This document shows positions 59,343 to 64,000 of a stretch of 64,000 bases of DNA, one piece after another. Source of the stretch: Kiritimatiellia bacterium (GTDB lineage: Bacteria; Verrucomicrobiota; Kiritimatiellia; JAAZAB01). The stretch spans positions 32,001-96,000 of the forward strand of contig JAXGPF010000011.1 in NCBI GenBank assembly GCA_040767085.1, written 5' to 3'. The notes under the pieces are model-generated. The model ran no database searches, was not told the origin of the DNA, and worked only from the letters and a program-made list of their open reading frames with translations. The first letter of the stretch is position 1. Every line of letters starts with the position of its first letter. Position numbers and translations under genes: made by a program.

Positions 59343-60611
59343 TTACGGCGTTGTTCTTTCGATTTCCCAGGAATCCGGCCGTATCGGATTCCATCGTTGC
59401 TTTGTGCCGGACACATTCATCTCAAATCCAAGATCATCTACGCGCACCCATGACCAGACCAGCGCAGTGTTGGTGCTGCTCATCCAGTCCCCCCATGGGA
59501 TTGTGCAATCGTGGGACGGGTAAAAATAGATCCACTGGGTGACGCTGTTGCTGGAGATCAGCATCTCGCTCACCGCGTTGGTCTGCGGCTTCAGATTCCA
59601 GACGCGCACATCCTCCGCGTGATCATCGGTGAAATACACCAGCGCATTCGTGTCCCCGCGAGTGGCGTCCTGCACGTTTGTCCAGCTTTTGTAGTAATAG
59701 CAGAGCGATGCAAAGTTGTTCGTGCTAGCCTTGATTTCAAAATCCGTCCAATTGCCATCCACCGTTCCCACATCCAGATGGAAGACAGGGAAAGTCCCCG
59801 CCGCGCCGCCGCCCGTGGCGAGTTCGGTAAACTCACCGCTATTGAAATCCGGCCTGGTGTAGATTTTCGTGCCGCCGTCGAGGTAGAGGTTGCCCCGGAC
59901 GCGGGTGGTGCTGGGGATGGGGTTGGTTACGTATGAGCCGAGGGCGACAGCGTTGTTTGTGGACCAGGAGTATGTACCGAGCGCAACCGCATAATTAGGG
60001 GCATACGCATAGCACCCGAGAGCGGCACCGTATACCCATCCTTTTGATCGCTGCCCAACGGCTGTGCCGTGGTTGTAGCCAATCGTGCTCTCCCCGATCC
60101 CGACCCCTTGACTATATCCGCTTGCCTCACCCCCAATCGCCACGCCTTGGTTACCACCTCTGGCAAGCTGGCCGATGGACTGCCCATAAGGGCCATCGCT
60201 CCCGTTGGCGTTAAAACCCATCGAACACCCCTTATACGATCCGCTTGCTCCTGCGCCCAGAACCACATTTTCGCTATTCGTCATCAAGGGATCAATTACC
60301 CGCACCTGTGATTCGGTTAGTCCCGTGGCCTGCGCTACGAAGCAGGCGGTCGTGGTGGCCGGGTCGAAAACCAGCACATCCCCGGCGCTCGCGGGCGTGT
60401 TGGTAATCACGAATACCTGGCCGTCTATGGTGATAACCTGGTTGGTCGGTGTCGGGATCCCGCTATCCGCGAGATTCAGATTCGAGATTGAGAAGCCGGC
60501 GGCATCTAAGGGCGTCTGCAAGACCCCATTGCGGATCGGGAAGCTGCTTTGCGCGGTAGCCGCGCGCGCCAGGCCGAGGGCAATTGCTATAATAGCCAGG
60601 TTTTTTGACAT
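59343..60611 (-). CDS. Signal-peptide-bearing fibre/adhesin-like protein with YadA-head-like repeats
   Basis: MSKNLAIIAIALGLARAATA-Q; about 13-residue (G/A)VA(I/L)G repeats: GVAIG, GVGIG, GTAVG, GAALG, AVALG, AVALG. Confidence 0.65.
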   Translation of the reverse strand: MSKNLAIIAIALGLARAATAQSSFPIRNGVLQTPLDAAGFSISNLNLADSGIPTPTNQVITIDGQVFVITNTPASAGDVLVFDPATTTACFVAQATGLTESQVRVIDPLMTNSENVVLGAGASGSYKGCSMGFNANGSDGPYGQSIGQLARGGNQGVAIGGEASGYSQGVGIGESTIGYNHGTAVGQRSKGWVYGAALGCYAYAPNYAVALGTYSWSTNNAVALGSYVTNPIPSTTRVRGNLYLDGGTKIYTRPDFNSGEFTELATGGGAAGTFPVFHLDVGTVDGNWTDFEIKASTNNFASLCYYYKSWTNVQDATRGDTNALVYFTDDHAEDVRVWNLKPQTNAVSEMLISSNSVTQWIYFYPSHDCTIPWGDWMSSTNTALVWSWVRVDDLGFEMNVSGTKQRWNPIRPDSWEIERTTP

Positions 60612-60619
60612 GGTGCGTC

Positions 60620-61396
60620 CTATTTGATGATCAGGGCCGAAACATAATACCCCGCCGTAGGCACGGCGGCGCTGAAGCCCACCGTGACCTGGCTGGCGGT
60701 GGCGCCATAAAAATCCACGGCAACAATGCGCGGGGCCCCGGCGGACGGTCTGCGGATGATTGGCAGGACGGCCGCGGGGGGTGCGTCGAGTTCAAACCCG
60801 GACAAATCCAGGGTGATTTCCGTGGCGTCCTGGGAAATCTCCGCGGTGATGAGGTGATCTGTAGTCAGGACCGCGGCGGATGCTGGGTAAGGGGGTTCCG
60901 CGGGCGTCGGGAGCGTGCCGCCTTCATACATCTGCTTCAGAATAGTAGGCAGGAAGCGCCAGGTAGTCGGCTCGCCGCCGCCGGCATCGGCCAGTTCGAT
61001 ATCCGTCCGGGCAATCAAACTATGGAGGGTGGCAAGATCGGTGGCCAGTTCATTGGTGTGTAAACTCACCAGCAGATCGTATGCCCATACGGGTTCCTCG
61101 ACGGTGCCGATGTTCACTTCTGTGTGGCCGGTAGCCTCAAAGAGCTTGGCGGTGGGGTTCACGTTGTTCTTGGCGCAGATGACGACCTGCAGCCCAGCCG
61201 TCAGCCGGACGTTCTGGCTCAGGCTGGAAGACCAGAAGAATATCCGGAAGCGCACCAGGTCGCCGGCGACCAGGACGGCGCGGAGACTGCCGGCAATCGC
61301 GCTGGGTGCGCCATCGCCCTTATGCGGCCGGATGGCGTTGTCGGCCGCAATGGCGTCCACGTCTATGACCAAATTCAGTTGTCGGTTCCAGGACAT
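60620..61396 (-). CDS. Putative baseplate-upper (BppU-like) or fibre-associated protein
   Basis: Beta-rich N-terminal domain (LVAGD...RIFF...LHTNEL...DIEL), Pro-rich linker, short C-terminal beta domain; position in the tail module. Confidence 0.45.
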   Translation of the reverse strand: MSWNRQLNLVIDVDAIAADNAIRPHKGDGAPSAIAGSLRAVLVAGDLVRFRIFFWSSSLSQNVRLTAGLQVVICAKNNVNPTAKLFEATGHTEVNIGTVEEPVWAYDLLVSLHTNELATDLATLHSLIARTDIELADAGGGEPTTWRFLPTILKQMYEGGTLPTPAEPPYPASAAVLTTDHLITAEISQDATEITLDLSGFELDAPPAAVLPIIRRPSAGAPRIVAVDFYGATASQVTVGFSAAVPTAGYYVSALIIK

Positions 61397-61399
61397 ATG

Positions 61400-62473
61400 T
61401 TATCCATAAGTCAACGCCGGCTCCACCAGGTAATAATATTGCCTCAAATATGCGGTTTCATTGTCGCCATCCCATGCCATTGGGATAGAAAACCCATGAG
61501 CCATGGCGTCGGGCCACACCGGCGTCCCGGCCGGCCAGGGCGGCGACGTAGTCATCAACACCGGGAATCCATAAGTTGCACCGTATTCAGAAAAGCCCAA
61601 ATCCGTAATTTCGCCCGACGGGAAAGTGATGGTTTTAGCCAACCGGATCACGTCAGGATTTACCCCCTCCACAACAAAAGCATAACCAAACCCGTTGAAA
61701 ATACCCTCTGCAACCGCGTCGCCCTGGATATAAACTCGATACACCGTCCCGTCGGGATAAGCATCTGGATTAACTGCGGCGCACACCGTATTTAAAATCA
61801 ATTCGGCCCAATAATAATTACTCCACTGATGCACGGAAGCCGTTGCCTCCATTGGCGTTTTCCCTTCCCACGATGCAGCGTTCCAAGCATCCAGCGTCCG
61901 ACTTTTTGCTTGCGATAAATCGCCATCGTAATCAGACCACTTGCGCTCATCTTTTCCAAACGGCCACACACTACAACCGACATGTTCGATGTTATAACGA
62001 CCCCGGCGAACCCAACGGGTTAAAGCGCTAAGGGCTTTCTGTAAATCCTCAATCACCCATGGGCCAAGAATATCCCCAGCCTGCATCCGGCCATAAAGGA
62101 AATCACCGTCCATTGTGGTCTTGCGCCGCCACAAGTCCGGATATTGCAGCCCAGCCGCCGCCGCAAACGTCTCCAGCGTCCAACAATCAAAATCTGTTTG
62201 GGTGGGATTCAAAATCGCGCTGTTATTGACAAATCTTAAATATGAATGCAAAGCGTTGTTAAAGACGCCGGTTACCGCCGCCTCAATCCGGCGTTGATAC
62301 CCATGATTCAAAGGCTGACGACCGCCATCACGAGTAAAAAGAGCGGCCGACTGTATATTTGTCCCTGTGGAAACTCCATAGTAATAAGAGCCAAGATCGC
62401 GCTCGACGAATGCCGCGTCAATCTCCCGTAGCAGCACATCCAACCGCGTATCAATTATTGAACTCCAACTCAT
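61400..62473 (-). CDS. Hypothetical protein, phage tail module
   Basis: Long ORF translationally coupled to its neighbours; contains MQAGDILGPWVIEDLQKAL. Confidence 0.55.
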   Translation of the reverse strand: MSWSSIIDTRLDVLLREIDAAFVERDLGSYYYGVSTGTNIQSAALFTRDGGRQPLNHGYQRRIEAAVTGVFNNALHSYLRFVNNSAILNPTQTDFDCWTLETFAAAAGLQYPDLWRRKTTMDGDFLYGRMQAGDILGPWVIEDLQKALSALTRWVRRGRYNIEHVGCSVWPFGKDERKWSDYDGDLSQAKSRTLDAWNAASWEGKTPMEATASVHQWSNYYWAELILNTVCAAVNPDAYPDGTVYRVYIQGDAVAEGIFNGFGYAFVVEGVNPDVIRLAKTITFPSGEITDLGFSEYGATYGFPVLMTTSPPWPAGTPVWPDAMAHGFSIPMAWDGDNETAYLRQYYYLVEPALTYG

Positions 62474-63066
62474 GGCCCAGCCCTCAACCAATCAACCGTT
62501 ACCGCGCCTTCCGCGTCAATTTGGAGTACCTGGTACTGCAAACCAGTCTTATCCACCTGCATTTTATCCCGCGCCAGCGGCCGAATCACCGTCTTAATAC
62601 CCGCCACCCCAGCCTCCACTTCAAACTGGTGCAGTATATAATACGCATACGTTGCGTCATCATCCGGCCAGTCCGCACCGCTCATCACGCTCGTGCTATC
62701 ATTTGACTTCGCCCGGCGCACATACACATAATAATCTCCATCCGCACCAGGCAAAACCACGTCAGCTTGAGCTACTACGATTGACGCAATCCGGCCGGCA
62801 TAAATGCGCACTTCTAAGGGATTATCGCCATCTGGATTGACCTTATATCCAAACATAATCTTCGACCAATCCACCCCTTCGCCGCCCGGGCTTTCCGGCT
62901 CGGGCCGGCGCACGGGCTGGAACGTCGTCCCCCCGCTTGTGGTCGAGACCCGGCAAAAAGCGCTGCTGCGCGGCGTAATCGCCCGGCAATATTCGATCAA
63001 GCTCTTAATATGTTCCGCCCGGACCGGCTCGCCCGGCCGCGGCGGATTCGGCAAAATCATGCTCAT
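62470..63066 (-). CDS. Hypothetical phage tail-region protein
   Basis: P.PP.PGEPVRAE....L....R.ITP......VSTTSGGT N-terminus, recalled from PVC-phage tail genes; ATGA overlap with the upstream gene. Confidence 0.55.
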   Translation of the reverse strand: MSMILPNPPRPGEPVRAEHIKSLIEYCRAITPRSSAFCRVSTTSGGTTFQPVRRPEPESPGGEGVDWSKIMFGYKVNPDGDNPLEVRIYAGRIASIVVAQADVVLPGADGDYYVYVRRAKSNDSTSVMSGADWPDDDATYAYYILHQFEVEAGVAGIKTVIRPLARDKMQVDKTGLQYQVLQIDAEGAVTVDWLRAGP

Positions 63067-63809
63067 TGGTACAAGTCCGTATCCCACTCTTCCGCGCCCG
63101 TCCATTCCTCAATCCGCTTCCAGCCCCCGCTGGATCCGTCCCGCGCCGCCCGATCGGCCGTCTTCAAAAACACATACCCGGAAATACTGACCGGCGGCGT
63201 GGATATCTTACCGCAACGCGTTGTGGCCGGATAGGACGAGAGCACCCGCGTCTGCCGGATAACCGGCGCCGGCATGGACCAGCTTTCCACGCCTTTGAGC
63301 TTCAGCCGCGCAAATTTCACCCCCAGCCCCGTCATCGTCGCCCAATGGGCATCGTTATCCGGATCCGGATCATTGATCTCGGGCCGGGGCGCCTGGCCCG
63401 CCTGCCGCCGCTTATTGTATTTGATGCCCAGTTTCATCCAGGCATCCATCATCGCGCGATCGGCTTCCGTGACATCCTTAAACAGCGGATGGGTTTCCAG
63501 CGCCTTTTCCAGCAAGCCCCACTCAACCTCCAGCGAGTAATTATTCTCGCTCCCGCCGAGCTTATTCGAGAGCGAGACGGTCATCTCCCCCGTGCCGCCA
63601 GGCTGCCCCTCGAGCACGACGTTGACGACGCACAGATCATCCACCGGCAAATCCTCATACTTCCCCCCGCGCTTCGGCACAACCTCCAGCAGGTCCTCGA
63701 ACAAGCCCCGGAACGTGCGCGTGCCGGCAATCTCATCCACCCCGAACGTCAATTTCGGGCTCCCCACCACCTCCCGCACGCTCACATCGCCTCTATATAA
63801 AACCGTCAC
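63063..63809 (-). CDS. Hypothetical phage tail (distal-tail/hub-like) protein
   Basis: Directly follows the tape-measure-like gene; EKALETHP.F, LKGVESW, W...EEW...EEWDTDLY. Confidence 0.55.
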   Translation of the reverse strand: MTVLYRGDVSVREVVGSPKLTFGVDEIAGTRTFRGLFEDLLEVVPKRGGKYEDLPVDDLCVVNVVLEGQPGGTGEMTVSLSNKLGGSENNYSLEVEWGLLEKALETHPLFKDVTEADRAMMDAWMKLGIKYNKRRQAGQAPRPEINDPDPDNDAHWATMTGLGVKFARLKLKGVESWSMPAPVIRQTRVLSSYPATTRCGKISTPPVSISGYVFLKTADRAARDGSSGGWKRIEEWTGAEEWDTDLYQ

Positions 63810-63815
63810 ATTGCC

Positions 63816-64000
63816 TCACGTATAATACGCGCCCACGGTATGCCTGCTCTGTACCCGCAAAATCTGCTGCAGCAGCGACACCTGCTTCTCCGCCGCCGTC
63901 GCCGAGCGCCGCGCCGGATCGTTCACCACTCCCCCGATAAACCCGCCCATACGCGCCAGGCGGTCGGTAAAAATCTTCGGCGCCCCATCCTTCCCCGCCC
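63816..64000 (-). CDS. 3' end of a probable tail tape-measure protein (partial)
   Basis: Open frame from the window edge: ...TDRLARMGGFIGG...AAEKQVSLLQQIL...GAYYT*. Confidence 0.5.
   Translation of the reverse strand, partial: AGKDGAPKIFTDRLARMGGFIGGVVNDPARRSATAAEKQVSLLQQILRVQSRHTVGAYYT

Larger units (their letters stand above)
57836..64000 (-). mobile_element. End of a prophage-like element (tail module), possibly Mu-like transposable
   Basis: Interrupts a host gene; end reads TGTAACGCGAGAAAATAAACGAAAAGGGTA...GAAAAGGGTA; tightly packed, overlapping minus-strand unknown ORFs follow a tape-measure-like 3' end. Confidence 0.65.

Overview
GC-rich bacterial chromosome segment. Gene content and protein style suggest a PVC-group organism, probably Kiritimatiellae/Lentisphaerae-like (inference). 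Layout: (1) 1-4 kb housekeeping: lpdA 3' part, YyaL/DUF255 protein, VOC protein. (2) 4.4-22.3 kb minus-strand glycan-degradation island: a duplicated [sialidase-like + giant GH2-like] cassette, a GH20-zincin-fold protein, a beta-helix protein and a GntR/LacI regulator, with Fic and IS1202-like remnants at the left edge and a garbled ISL3 in one GH2-like gene. (3) tRNA-Ala(CGC) with a duplicated 3' end. (4) 23-31.6 kb amino-sugar catabolic cluster: GH36, HpcH aldolase, NagA-like, AraC, DegT aminotransferase, two amidohydrolases. (5) 32-48.6 kb further CAZyme-like genes: a GH29 cut by an intact ISL3 with an 8-bp TSD, two paralogous uncharacterised TIM-barrel proteins, a beta-helix protein plus an internally deleted mini-copy, and a GH127-like enzyme. 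(6) ftsH-folP-cdaA-cdaR-ftsK-rodZ-like core block. (7) A DUF4143 ATPase gene cut at about 57836 by a TG-starting, Mu-like end of a phage-like tail module whose last three genes all carry signal peptides. All family calls come from motif recognition, not database searches.
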